A stretch of DNA of 64,000 nt. Origin: Fimbriosthenelais zetlandica (lineage: Eukaryota). Location: NCBI GenBank assembly GCA_977030845.1, contig OZ365115.1, forward strand, positions 8,122,001-8,186,000, given 5' to 3'. Within the stretch, counting starts at the first letter, position 1; the number at the start of each line of letters is the position of its first letter. Below, piece by piece: positions 39,061 through 50,803 of this stretch. The position numbers were made by a program, and so were the translations under genes. The notes beneath the pieces were generated by a model. That model made no database searches, had not been told where the DNA came from, and saw only the letters and a program-made list of their open reading frames with translations.

Positions 39061-41088
39061 AATTGGAAAAGGCAATTGTACAAGTCATTACAAGGAAAAT
39101 TAAATTATTTTTTTTTAAATCTAAATATAGGGACAGTATTTAGCAAAATTTTTTTTAGGGTTGGGGCTCCTTCCCCTATGATGGTCACTAGGGACGTGCC
39201 ACCCTTTAGATACCATTTAACCTTTATAAAATGTGTAGTCATCTTACATACAGTCTCTTCTACAATAACCACAATAATGTGTTAAATGACATCCTTTTTG
39301 GCCTGTGATCGCCAAAACCGTTGGGAAACCGAGCCACGGCCCACAATAAAATCCAGTATAAAAATCGCTCAGTCGTCCGGTAGCTTTCCCTGGAGCCCCT
39401 ATGCTGTTTGCGTTACGTAAGCAAGCTCGCTCTTGCCTCCCACACAACAAAGCTCCTCTCCTGTAACCAGAGGTGCGTGCATACGTCGGCTAGGATGGTA
39501 AAAGACACAGATGATGTCCTAAATAACTAAGATGAGGCAGGCCCTAGCCCTTAGTCCTACTTTGATTTTGAAAAGGGGGATATGCGCACATCGAGCTGTA
39601 TCGCCAGCTCATGAAAATGTGTATTACACTAAAGAACTTCCATATATGTAAAATAAGTAATTATGCTTCAATTTTCATGAAACAATAATTCATTATATTA
39701 ATCGCTTTAATCTCTTCTTTACAAATATAGTCTAACCTTGATTGTAAAAAAAATTGTAAGCTTCACATATCTTCTAAAATTCCCATTTTTACCAAATTAC
39801 TTTCATACATATAAAACACATTTATAAATAAGCGTATCATTCTATTTTGTTACACATGTGAAGAGATTGTTCCATCCCCACCACTAGGGGAGCTGTATTG
39901 GAACTCACAATAGGGGGTCAATACACAACCCTCCAAGGTCCAACACCCTGATTGGTCTTATCCTTGTCACTAGGGGTATTTTGGTAGAGGTTTAAACTGG
40001 TGACAAATCCGACACTTTTTAACTGCCGTCAAACAGATAAGACGTCCGGGAACATTTGATATTTGCTCTCTACTGAAGAAATCAGACCCTATAGGCCTAG
40101 TTTCAGGTAAGTTCAATCATTATAATCTAACAGTTTTAGCAAACATGAAATATATTTGGATATTACCCTGCAACTTGTTTTGATTATATTACTTATTTTG
40201 TTTGAGGAAAAAAATGGTATAGCATCATGCCATGTGCTTTCACCCCACCAACACTAATCAATTCATTAGGGAAACATATTTATCATGATTCGTCTGGTGT
40301 ATATTTGGAACTTTTATTGTTAATGGAAGCAAGGATGATTCACTGTCCAAATTTGTATCAGTATTTCTGTGTTTTGGCCAAGGGATGCGTTATTTATGTT
40401 GTGCTATATGTTGAGCACATGTGGTCGCCATCTTCCCAGAATAGGCCTAGGAATGAATGACAAACATAATCTGCAACCATCCATCCCTATTCTTTCAATC
40501 AAATTTACTTTAAATGTGATATAGGACTATATTAGAAGTATCCATAGGAGCGGTTATTTTCCTTGTATTTTAAATTTAACTGGTCATTTTAGTTATGTTG
40601 TGTTGAGTTGAGCACATGTGGCAGCCATCTTCTCTCCCTCCATGTGTCACTCAAGCCCCCCACCCCACCCCCTAACCCTCTGTCAATCCCCCACTGTCAC
40701 TGGAATAGATAATTATGTGTTAGAATTTCCCAGAAATGACAACCGCGCCTGATGAAAGGGGATACTTCAGAGATAAATAAAAGCCCCAATAAATGTGTAA
40801 AACTAAAATTCAGACAAAGCACATCATTGATAAGTAACAATGAACCGACTCCTGTTGTTACACATTGTATGTACCGCTTCCTTTGATGTTGAAGTCAGAT
40901 GGGGGTGGTGGTGTGTTGGTAGGCACTATAGGTCTATTAGTTGTTTTTGTGTTTAATTATGGGATTTGGTCTGGACATTGAAAATTAGCTTCCCGGGCCT
41001 AATCCCCTGACGAGAGGCCACCCTCACTGGTTACATTGATACTACACTGAGTTGCCTCACTTTAATTAGCACTTTAATTCTATTCCAG

Positions 41089-41828
41089 TCGCACTTCTAC
41101 TCAAAATTGATCCGGATCATCAGATGGAGAGAGAAGACCAAATCTGAGGGCCCAAGAAAGAGGCAGAAAGTGTCCACTTTGTGGAATCTGCTAGTAAGTA
41201 CTTGCTCCTTCATTCAGTTACAAGTAATTATTTCATAAGCTATATATAATAAGCTCAGTAGTACTACATTTATTAAAGTATTAGGTTACCATGCACCAAT
41301 TTATTAGTTTCATTTTCTTTAAAAGTACCTAGGTAAAACGAATTTTACTTTGAAGGTATGATACTCTTGCCCATCATTTGGCTACATCATTATTGATTCC
41401 ATTCTTTATTTGTATTACCAGTTGAGGAACAACCAGTCAACGTGGATGAAGCAAAGGCTGAAGTGGTTCAGCTATTTGATAGCGACAAATCGGACCGTGC
41501 CAGAATCGCCAGACTACAGCGGGACACCTTCACCGCACGGCGAAACTGGATGAATGGTGTCCGTGACTGTGAGGTCGGTGCTCTGGTATAGGAGTACCCA
41601 ATCCTTCAAGATGCCCAGTTCATCGAGAAGGAGTTCGGTCTCCTGTACCCAGTCTCCTTCGTCAGGAAGAACCTGGACCAGACCATCACACTAGTGGAGC
41701 AGGTGATGGGGAAAGTGGGTACCGAGGGTGAGGACGGCTTCATGAGGCTCATGGAGCTGCTCAATAAGACCCTCGTGATGAAGGGAAAGAATGGCAAGTT
41801 ACACAACTCGCTCATCACGAGGATATGA
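41089..41828 (+). pseudogene. Decayed spliced accessory gene inside the CACTA element (exons 41089-41193 and 41422-41828)
   Basis: Acceptor ttccag|41089, donor 41194 GTAAGT and acceptor ttaccag|41422 give an in-frame phase-1 join. Translation: ALLLKIDPDHQMEREDQI*GPKKEAESVHFVESAIEEQPVNVDEAKAEVVQLFDSDKSDRARIARLQRDTFTARRNWMNGVRDCEVGALV*EYPILQDAQFIEKEFGLLYP..RI*. Premature stops at 41145-47 (TGA) and 41589-91 (TAG). GC-rich third positions contrast with the flanks. Confidence 0.8.
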
Positions 41829-43139
41829 TTGAATTCTGAATATTAATGGATGATATTGAACAAGGTATTGATTAATGAGTATTGATTAGTGATTACTTGA
41901 CAACTTCTTAAATGTACATGTATGATGACATACATCTGTGTGGCATAGCATGATTAATGAGTAATTTTTGGTGATATAATCATTTGATGATGAATGAGAA
42001 AAATGAATGAGAAATGATTGATTATAATTATGGAGTTTTCTGGTCAGTCATAGACATTTTTACATAGATTTGTTTGATAAATTTGTAAATATCCATTCTA
42101 ATGTCCTGCATGATGCCAGTTGTGTAACAATTACATTGGAAAGGAAATAAAAATGATCAACAAAAACTATGTCTCATGGATTCAATTGACACCCCCCTTC
42201 TCACCCACAATTCAGTATATGCAGCAAAATTTTGTAGACAATAAACATTTGGTGAAACGTTATATTACACGCTCGACAATATCAGAGTTACTAGTCACTA
42301 GTACACACCTGACATTTATCTAAACATTCTTCTAAACATTTAACAAAACACGAGACAGTAACATTATGCAAACACCGGCAATACAGCTGACGATATAAAG
42401 TACGGTATTTGACACTATACGTTTAAGTGACGGCAAACGGTTTCATTAGACAGTTGACACTATTGTAGACGCTAGCATATTCGAGACAGAAAACGATTAA
42501 CAGCACGGTTGACATTATCAGAGACGCAATGCATTTGCAATACTGTAGACAATCTGTGAGACGTTTGACATTCCGAAGACACTTATTTCTTCTGACATTA
42601 TGGTAGACATGTTACATTATGTGAGACGGTGTACGATTTCTAAACGCTAAACGGTTTTGGACCGTCTCAAAAGGTGTGACAAAAACAGCGTCTCAAAAAA
42701 CGTCTCCTGGCTAGACGGTCTTTTTCCAGTGTAATACTACAGATCCTTATTAAATCATTTATATCCAATCAATAGTTGCTGTTAAGTGGTTATGGAAGTT
42801 CTGGACTGAAGGTGATTAATAAGTTCTCTGAGCAAGCAAGGAGAAACTAGACTTAGGTGAGGGGCAGGAAGGCTGGATTTGGGATAAATATGACATATAG
42901 TCCCAACCACAGTGGCACAATACGGAATCTGGAGGTTGATAATGCACAATATAGAGGGCATCTAGCAGAGCATTGTGGTGGAGAAGTTGAGGAGTTCAAT
43001 ACATGTTATCTTGGCACCGGAAGCTAAAGGACAGGCGCTCCCAGCGGCCGCTGGTGGAGATGGCTGCCAGGAACCGGAAATATTGATACCATTGTTTGGC
43101 TGGCCACGTGAGATGTGCAGATTAGGGATGGAGGCCCAA

Positions 43140-43560
43140 GGGAATAGAGGGGAGGAAGGAAGGGTAGAAGGGAGGGATTAAAAGGGCGAAGGGCAGGGAG
43201 AATAAAAGGAGGGCAGGTTGAACAGAAAGAAAGGGAGAGAAGAGAGATAGGGGGCCATCTTGATCGTCACTAATTGAAATTCTTAGGTTGATCCTAGGAG
43301 ACATGGATTAAAGAAGGGTGAGCTGTGACTCATACAAGTTTTCTATAAGAATTGTCGAGATTTGCACCACCGCCCTTTCTCTCCCAATCTTCCCCTCTCA
43401 CATTCTCTTCTCCCTCTCTCTACACTCTCGTTCTTCCCTTTCTACTTTTCTCCACTCTCATGCTCCGGAGTCCCCCCATCTCTCAATCAAATTCTCTACC
43501 TCCTTCTTTCTCTCCAACCTACCCTCTCCCTCCGCTAGCGCTTATACTTGAACCTTATTT
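43140..43560. repeat. Polypurine block followed by polypyrimidine block
   Basis: GA-rich 43140-43250 and CT-rich 43375-43560. Confidence 0.75.
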
Positions 43561-46500
43561 ACTCTCCTCTGGATGAAGTTCTCTTTTCAGGAATAATCTT
43601 GCGTGAAGGCACGTTATTTGGGAAAGGAGGGGAAGTGTGTGAGTGGGGTGAGGTCTTGAGGGAACGCTCTCTAATAGGAACACGGGGGTTTGAAAGATGA
43701 GGGCTGAGGGAATAGGAGAAAGGAATGGATGGGGGAGGGGAGGGCCCCTATAGGGCAGAAAAAGCCCTTGATATTACATGTGGTGTATTTAGTGTGGTCC
43801 TGATCGGATAAGTACTGGCCAAGATTTGGTATGTACATAGAAGTCGACCAGCAGCGGTAGAAAGCACTGCTGGAGGAGGCATAATGGTCGATTGTGAGTG
43901 GTTGTGGGGGTGGGAGGGTGTGTGGGGGGCCACGGGGGGAAGTGACTCCACTGGTCCTATTTATTCATATAAAACTAGAAAGAACAGACTGGGGAAAATA
44001 GAGGATTAATTTATTTCTGAGATGGAAACTTGTCCCCTTTAAAGAGAACAGTTCTGGCTGAGTGGCAAGTGAAATTGGATGGAATTGGATATGGCAAAGA
44101 CGCAAAGTAAGGGTGCCTTAAAAATAAAGGTCGAGTCCACGAGGGCGTTATGTGACACCCAGGGATCAGACAAGCCTGGATTCTTCACCGAGTTAATGCT
44201 CGGAGAATCATTTATAAGGACTTTTCACGGATGGGGAATGGGTCCGGGAAATGTATGAAAGATGAAATGACATTAAAAATGAAATGACATTAATCAGTCT
44301 CAAATGACATAAAATTCAAGTTTTTGAGCACTGCTTTTTGAGTCTCGTCATGGGGGGATATTTACTGGTGTATCCCAATTACCAATACTGGAGCATGACA
44401 GATAGCCAAGACCTGACACAATTTGTACTTGTTACTTTCAGCTTTCAGAAGCAGGTAGAAACCGTGATAAATCAAGGTCTGAGAGAGCCCAGAGGGAGTG
44501 GGCTAGAGACCCTATCAACACCTGACGACCACCTGAGGGATCCAGTAATCCTTTACACCTAAATCATGCCCATCTCCCCGAGTACTTAACACCTGGCCCC
44601 ACCCCCCGAATACGGGTCCACAGTCCAAATAGACTCTGTCATGGCCCTCACCATGGAAGATGGCCGTATCACAGGTCGATTAGATAGTGCCTGCCAAATG
44701 CATGCAGTCTATAATCACAAACTGTCAATATACCAGCAGCAGATGGGCAAGGAAGAGACTGCATAATAAAGTTATTGGCTGTTGGCTGGTGGGATGGTCA
44801 GATTCAAATGAATAGTCAGAATTAATGTCGGTTTTGTAACTGATTTTACATGCACATTGATTTTCTCCTTGGAATTAATTCCTATTCAGGATAGGCAATT
44901 TATGATTTGTTAATATGTTGCCTAATATATAACAAAATCAGGGGTTGCGAGGTGAGAGAAGGGGGGTTGGGAGAGGGAGCTTTAGATAGGAGAGACAGAG
45001 AGTGAGAGCTACTAGATAGCTATAGAAAGGGGAATGACTGGGAAAAAGAGGTTAGTGTAAAGGGACAGGGAGCATGGACTGATGGAGGGAGATAATGAGG
45101 GAGCAAGAGGAGAGAGGAAAGGAAGAGACGCAGAGAGAGAACACACGGCCAGGAAGTGGTGTTGGGAAGTGGAGTAACCTTATCTAATCATCTTTAATAA
45201 TTTCATAAGGCCTGTCAGCAAGAGCTGCCAGACGCCCAATCCTGGCAGCAAATCCTCCCGGGGCAAAAAATACCAGCATTCACAACCAAGATGGAATAGC
45301 CATGTGAGATTTGTCAGGGTCCCTTACATGGGAATAATGGATGAGGGCTGGGGCTTGGGGGCTCCCCACGTGGTTTTCTCTTAAAGACACATTATGCTCA
45401 AGCTCTAATCTCATGTGTATAGACCTTGATTTTAGTTGCAATTGCCTTACGTTTTTTTTTTGCAACATTAAATAAAATGTTGGGTAAATCCAAGGGTATC
45501 TTTTGAGGCACATCAACAAAGTAAGTTCAGGTTTCTCACGCTATACAGTACTGGAGAGATTGAAGGTGGATACATATTTCCCAAATCAGTCATGATATTT
45601 TGGGTTGACAAAATCGGTGGTTTTCTTGCAATGCCACAAAGCACGCCAATCCTTGTCAAAGGCAAAGGAGAATGCGATACCAAATCCCGCGGTCAATAAA
45701 TAAGGTTCAAGGCGGTAAGTGGCATCAATACGGTTCAAAGCCAGCCTTGATGGTTGGTGGGTGGTGGTAGCCGGGGGGGGGGGGGTGTCTGTTGATGCTG
45801 TTGATGTAGTAATTAGACGAGTCATTGGAGCGGTTAATGAGGCTTAATATGGCGGACCAGTCCTGCTCTACCATTCCCAATACTCCATACCAATATTCCA
45901 ACTCATCTGCTCTCTAATTTACCGGCTCCCCATCTCTCTTTCCGTTTCAATCCTGCTCTGTTATCTCGTGATGTCTATCCATGTTCTCGGTGCATTGTGT
46001 GCCCTATTTCTTCAGAGGAGATAAGATTTAAACGCCAGAAATGTAGGGTTTCCCCGAACCCATTTTTTAAATTAAAAACCCATTAAATAAATGTATACCT
46101 GAATTATCCTTTCTTTCATCTACTATTCATTGCGTCATTTGAAAAGTAATATACCAAGTGTCTACCTTTTTTCCTCATTCTCATTAAAAACAAAACTATA
46201 AGAGGTGCGTTCTAAGTTTTTCAAATATTTCTGGATTGAGAACAATAATGCCTAGGCTAATTAATTGTCTTCTCCCATGGATCGATCAATACTCTTATAT
46301 TTATTTTACAATCCCAATTAGGCCTAATTAACCTTCAATATTTCTTGTGAAATTCCATCCATCTCTTCCCTAGAATGTTCACTCTCAATGCCTGGTTTCC
46401 ATGTGGAGGTCACAGCAATGACTGTGAAGCCTGGGGACAGCGTCCTGCCATCGTTTGATGTATCTAATTTACAGGGGCAGGAGGGAATAGTGGCTTTAGT

Positions 46501-46663
46501 ACCACTAGTGGGTCATTCCCTTCTCTCCAAGAGGCCCCAAGGCAAAACTTGACAACAGAACCAATGCTCGGGGGGATGCTACATGGCAGAACAGGCAGCC
46601 ATGGTCTTGCTCTTTTTTCTATCAAACCATACATAAAGTGAGGAGAAAAATGTATACCCCACG

Positions 46664-46690
46664 CCCCCCCCCCCCCCCCCCCCCCCCCCC
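46664..46690 (+). repeat. Poly-C run (27 nt)
   Basis: Direct reading. Confidence 0.95.
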
Positions 46691-47712
46691 AACAAACCAC
46701 ACGTGACACCCCACTTGAAATGTCAGGGAGGTCTCTGTATTTTAGCGATCCCTAGATGAGTGTCCCATTGGATGGTGAAAAGATGCATTAATTATTTATC
46801 ATTAAGCTTAATTCCATTGAATATGAAAGCATCCATTCCATTACCACGAGAGTACATTATCAGGTAGAGCATTATAAAAGTAACATGATACGACTAAATA
46901 GTCCCAAACAAAGCAGGGCCACAGGGGACGAATGGTTGGACATGTTTTAAGTCAGTTTCATTAGATATTCGTTTAAAAATTGATGAGACAATATTAACAA
47001 AATGTAGGGAATATTTTATCTATTAAATTTAGGCTAGGCTTAGCATGGTCACGGAGAGGCCTACATTTTTACAAACCTATACAAAATGTTATCATACAAA
47101 TTAGACATCATTCAGAATTTCTTGCCAAATGAAATCCCAACTGAAACCTAAATTAACTATATAGGCCTAGGTATGTGTCAGTAGGCAATCTGTAGGCCTA
47201 CAAATCTCACCAAAATAAACTAAACTGACTGCATGACCCCATCGTACCAATGAATCACCAGCTTCCCCATGCATCCCTCCCACTCACAGCAGCTGCTGAA
47301 GCCAAGATCTCCACAAGTTATGGGAACCTTATAAGCCCCAATGCCAGCAATAGTTCAATGGAAATTAAACAGTTCAGTCAATAATACGTTAATAAGTTGG
47401 GCCTGACTCCACCACGTGTCGAGTCAGCTCTAATTTTTACAAGGCCAGCCAAACACGGGAACTCAGTCGGTTTCGTGACACAAATCCAAGAGGGAAAACC
47501 TTTGTGGGATCTAGTATGTAGGGCATGAATGATACTGCATCCAATATAGAGGGTTGGTTGGGACTCCTGGGCTGGGAGTCGGCCCATCCCCACACAGGGT
47601 ATGCCGCCTCCCCTCTAAGGATTGCGGCCAAGCCTTGCACCCAAGTCCCAAACCCAGCTGGCTGGGGATGTCCCCGACGCCCTCTGTTTCAACACGAAGA
47701 AGACAAACTTAC

Positions 47713-47900
47713 CTTGCGATATGGCGAATTAATCGTACTCCAAAGATGCTAAATCCAAAGTTATAATATCGCTGGGGGTTGGTTTAAGGTGTGTCGGTGT
47801 CTGGGAGCAACAGTAACTGATGATAGCTATGGAAACTCGGAGGCTCCGCACCACTGCTCGTGCTCCCCAGGATGTTTGTTGCAGGATGCAAACAGCTGCA
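47713..47900 (-). other. Putative non-coding first exon of a transcript divergent from POLR2L (upper boundary approximate)
   Basis: Strong donor CAAG|GTAAGT (intron from 47712), CpG-rich, no ATG in the interval, directly adjacent to the POLR2L promoter. Confidence 0.55.
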
Positions 47901-48150
47901 GCGTGAAGCGGCCTAAGGACACGAAGTCGTGTTTCTACTTCCGGATTTTCTCACTAGATGGCTGTACTGAGATTCTCGAAGGAACAGTGCTGCTTTGGAA
48001 ACAGGCGGCGGATAGGGGAATTAGATAGGCCAAGGTTGCTACTTCTCGATTTTCTCACTAGATGGCTTTACTAATGAGAGAACACGTGCTGCGCTGTCAA
48101 TGAAGCGGCGAGGAGAAGAACTGTATGTAGCGGCAAACAAGAGGAGTGCG
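47900..48150. promoter_or_regulatory. CpG-rich bidirectional promoter with duplicated 29-bp module
   Basis: CTACTTCCGGATTTTCTCACTAGATGGCT (47935-47963) and CTACTTCTCGATTTTCTCACTAGATGGCT (48039-48067), 27/29 identical. Contains an ETS core (ACTTCCGG), YY1- or CTCF-like CACTAGATGGC and a TGCGCA site near 48147. Confidence 0.65.
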
Positions 48151-48386
48151 CATCTGTGTCACCGGTAAATATCTACCGATTCCAACCGATTTAAACCATC
48201 CTGTATCCTAAATCAAGGTAAGAATGATATATTTAGTTTATTCTTCAATGTTCCGCGGCAATTTGTGAAAACCACGGGCGCTTTGCATGTTATATTTCGA
48301 TAGATTTATTGCGCATTAGACCGGGCGATAATAGGTGGATTTTAGACAGTACCAGCGTGTTTTCCATCTGCGGCATGTGCATTTTG

Positions 48387-48415
48387 TCATAGACATAGAA
48401 TCTCTATGTCTATGA
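48387..48415. repeat. Perfect 13-bp hairpin in the POLR2L leader intron
   Basis: TCATAGACATAGA-atc-TCTATGTCTATGA. Confidence 0.9.
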
Positions 48416-48595
<180 letters not shown>

Positions 48596-48954
48596 TAAGT
48601 ACTCATAAATTACCTAGCCCATAGATATCTAAGCCTAGCCCTAGCTCTAGCCCTGCCTAAATTCTACATAAACCTATATTATTTTTATGTTGTGCAACAG
48701 ACTTTTCTTAGAATTTATTTCCAGTCATCTCTGTTAACTTAAAATGAGAAGCTCTGTTTTAGATAAAGAGGTCAATGTAAACATTTTGAAAAATTAATAA
48801 TTTAAAATTTATTTTTTGTAAAAACATGCTGAGCTCAATTAGCATAATTCTATATAAATATTACGTTATTGGATAGAATTAAATATTGAAAATACACCGA
48901 TTAAATTGATTGTTGATAATAAGTTATTTATTAATTATTTTACCCTTATTTTAA

Positions 48955-49068
<114 letters not shown>

Positions 49069-49645
49069 CAGCTTCAAGAAAAACATGACCATCTTCATTA
49101 TCCCGTCAAATATCACTTCACTACAAACTGTCCATCATTCAATCAGTCATTCCTGCTTCATGGCGAAGTTCCTAAAGTCAAGCGGTTTTTGTGAAGGCCT
49201 TCAAATCAGTTGGCAGCGTAGCCAATTAAGGCCTATTGCAGTAAATTAACAAAACTAATTAGATTTTTTTCTATTTTAATTCGGTTCGGGGTTAGGTTTT
49301 TATTACACGAATTATTCATAACATAAATTATATGCTATTTACATTATTCCATCTTCCGACTAAGAAACACAATGTTTTTGTTTATTCAATCTGTAAGTTA
49401 AGTTGGTTTGGTTTTGTGTATTAAAGTAAATCGATCTTCGTGCCTAAAAACAGAAGGCTTGATCTCTCATCTAGCTTCACCCTGTCATCCAGCTATCATA
49501 CATTGTCATAAAGATTCACTTGCATTGAAAAACTTGTATGTACAGAAGTTTGAAATGTGTTGGTAATACAAATTAATATTAAAATGTATCGATTTCTTTT
49601 GTAATTTCTCCCATATTAATATTGGTTTGGGCTGGGATTCTGTCT

Positions 49646-50803
49646 TTAGATAGTAAAGATTGTGGTGTTGGTAGTTTTGAGTGGTGATACTGCTTCCATT
49701 TCATGCTGATTTTCTTTCTTTGCGACCTTCCTCCACAACCAATCCTTTATGGCTATGGCCTTTACTTTCACAATTCCTCGGAAGGTGGAACCACTGGCGC
49801 AGTTCAACGGGAAGCCGATGGCACACCGAGTGTAGGAAACTAGAAAGAGTACCTCTTCAACCAGAGTCAGGTCCCCGTTTCTCACAGTGTCTTTGATGAC
49901 CAATTGAAAAATCCTGAGCAACGTATATGGAAAAGTGGCAACAAAGAACACAAAAGTCCACACAAACGGAAAGAGGCTCACACTACTCCTGCCCTCGTTG
50001 ATGTGCACTCCACTAGCAATAAAATATTTGTTTCGCTTTCTCAATTTATACATAACAGCAAAATTACATGAAAGCATAATTAAAGTTGGAATGACCGAAT
50101 GGAATATTAAAACCACCATGTGCCAGACCAAGATGTTCGTCTTGCTGTTCTTCACATACTGGCATTTCCCTTTTTCCTCCATGATGAAAGTGAAAAAGTT
50201 GTGAAGGTTTGCGAGGGTGACAAACCCTAACAAAATAATAATAGATCTCAGCAGATTCCTACGAGTACAAACCACCTTAGCCCTGTGTGGGTAACAAACT
50301 ATGAACAACCTTTCCACATTCAAGAGAACAATTAACCAAGCCAGAAATGCATTGTTAGACAAACTGAACCAGACCCAGAACTTGCAGGTGAATTCACTTG
50401 CAGGACCGAGAGATCCCCCTAGAACCACATCCAGGAAGATATAAAATATAGGGTCCACGAAAATCTCTATGGTGTCCGACAATGTCATTGCCATGAGGTA
50501 CAGACCCATGTTCAACTTTTTAAACATGGATGTCTGGACTAATGCCATGGTCAGTGAATTGCCTATGACTCCGAAGATAATCGCCAAGGGTGTCCATAAT
50601 GCCAGGAGGGTAAACTCCACATGGTTCCAATGTTCTTGAGTTGGTATTAGGCCTAGTGTAGATTGGTTGAAAGCTGTTGTTATGTTAAAAGAATTGTTCC
50701 CTGAGATACCGTGGGTGTATTCCATTGGGAGATTTTCACTTGAGTTCTTCAGGAAGAAAATATTCATTTTCAATTTTGGTGTATCAGAAACTGCACCTTG
50801 CAT
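49646..50803 (-). CDS. Class A (rhodopsin-like) GPCR, peptide/FMRFamide-receptor-like expanded type; start uncertain
   Basis: Seven hydrophobic segments with GxxGN (TM1), LxxxD (TM2), Cys at the top of TM3, ERL+YP (TM3/ICL2), P in TM5 and FP in TM6. Several N-x-S/T sites lie before TM1. The first ATG is at 50803, but the frame stays open to ~51064. Confidence 0.9.
   Translation of the reverse strand: MQGAVSDTPKLKMNIFFLKNSSENLPMEYTHGISGNNSFNITTAFNQSTLGLIPTQEHWNHVEFTLLALWTPLAIIFGVIGNSLTMALVQTSMFKKLNMGLYLMAMTLSDTIEIFVDPIFYIFLDVVLGGSLGPASEFTCKFWVWFSLSNNAFLAWLIVLLNVERLFIVCYPHRAKVVCTRRNLLRSIIILLGFVTLANLHNFFTFIMEEKGKCQYVKNSKTNILVWHMVVLIFHSVIPTLIMLSCNFAVMYKLRKRNKYFIASGVHINEGRSSVSLFPFVWTFVFFVATFPYTLLRIFQLVIKDTVRNGDLTLVEEVLFLVSYTRCAIGFPLNCASGSTFRGIVKVKAIAIKDWLWRKVAKKENQHEMEAVSPLKTTNTTIFTI

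Larger units (their letters stand above)
38515..42731. mobile_element. CACTA/EnSpm (CMC superfamily)-like DNA transposon, non-autonomous, 4217 bp
   Basis: Left TIR CACTGCAAAAAGGGCGTCTA (38515-38534) vs right TIR reverse complement CACTGGAAAAAGACCGTCTA (42712-42731), 17/20 identical. TA on both flanks (38513-14, 42732-33). Dense CpG-containing AGACG/AACG subterminal repeats at both ends. No DDE transposase visible. Confidence 0.85.

Noticed and set aside
41606-41818. Minus-strand 70-aa ORF
   Set aside because: Antisense shadow of the plus-strand transposon gene remnant.
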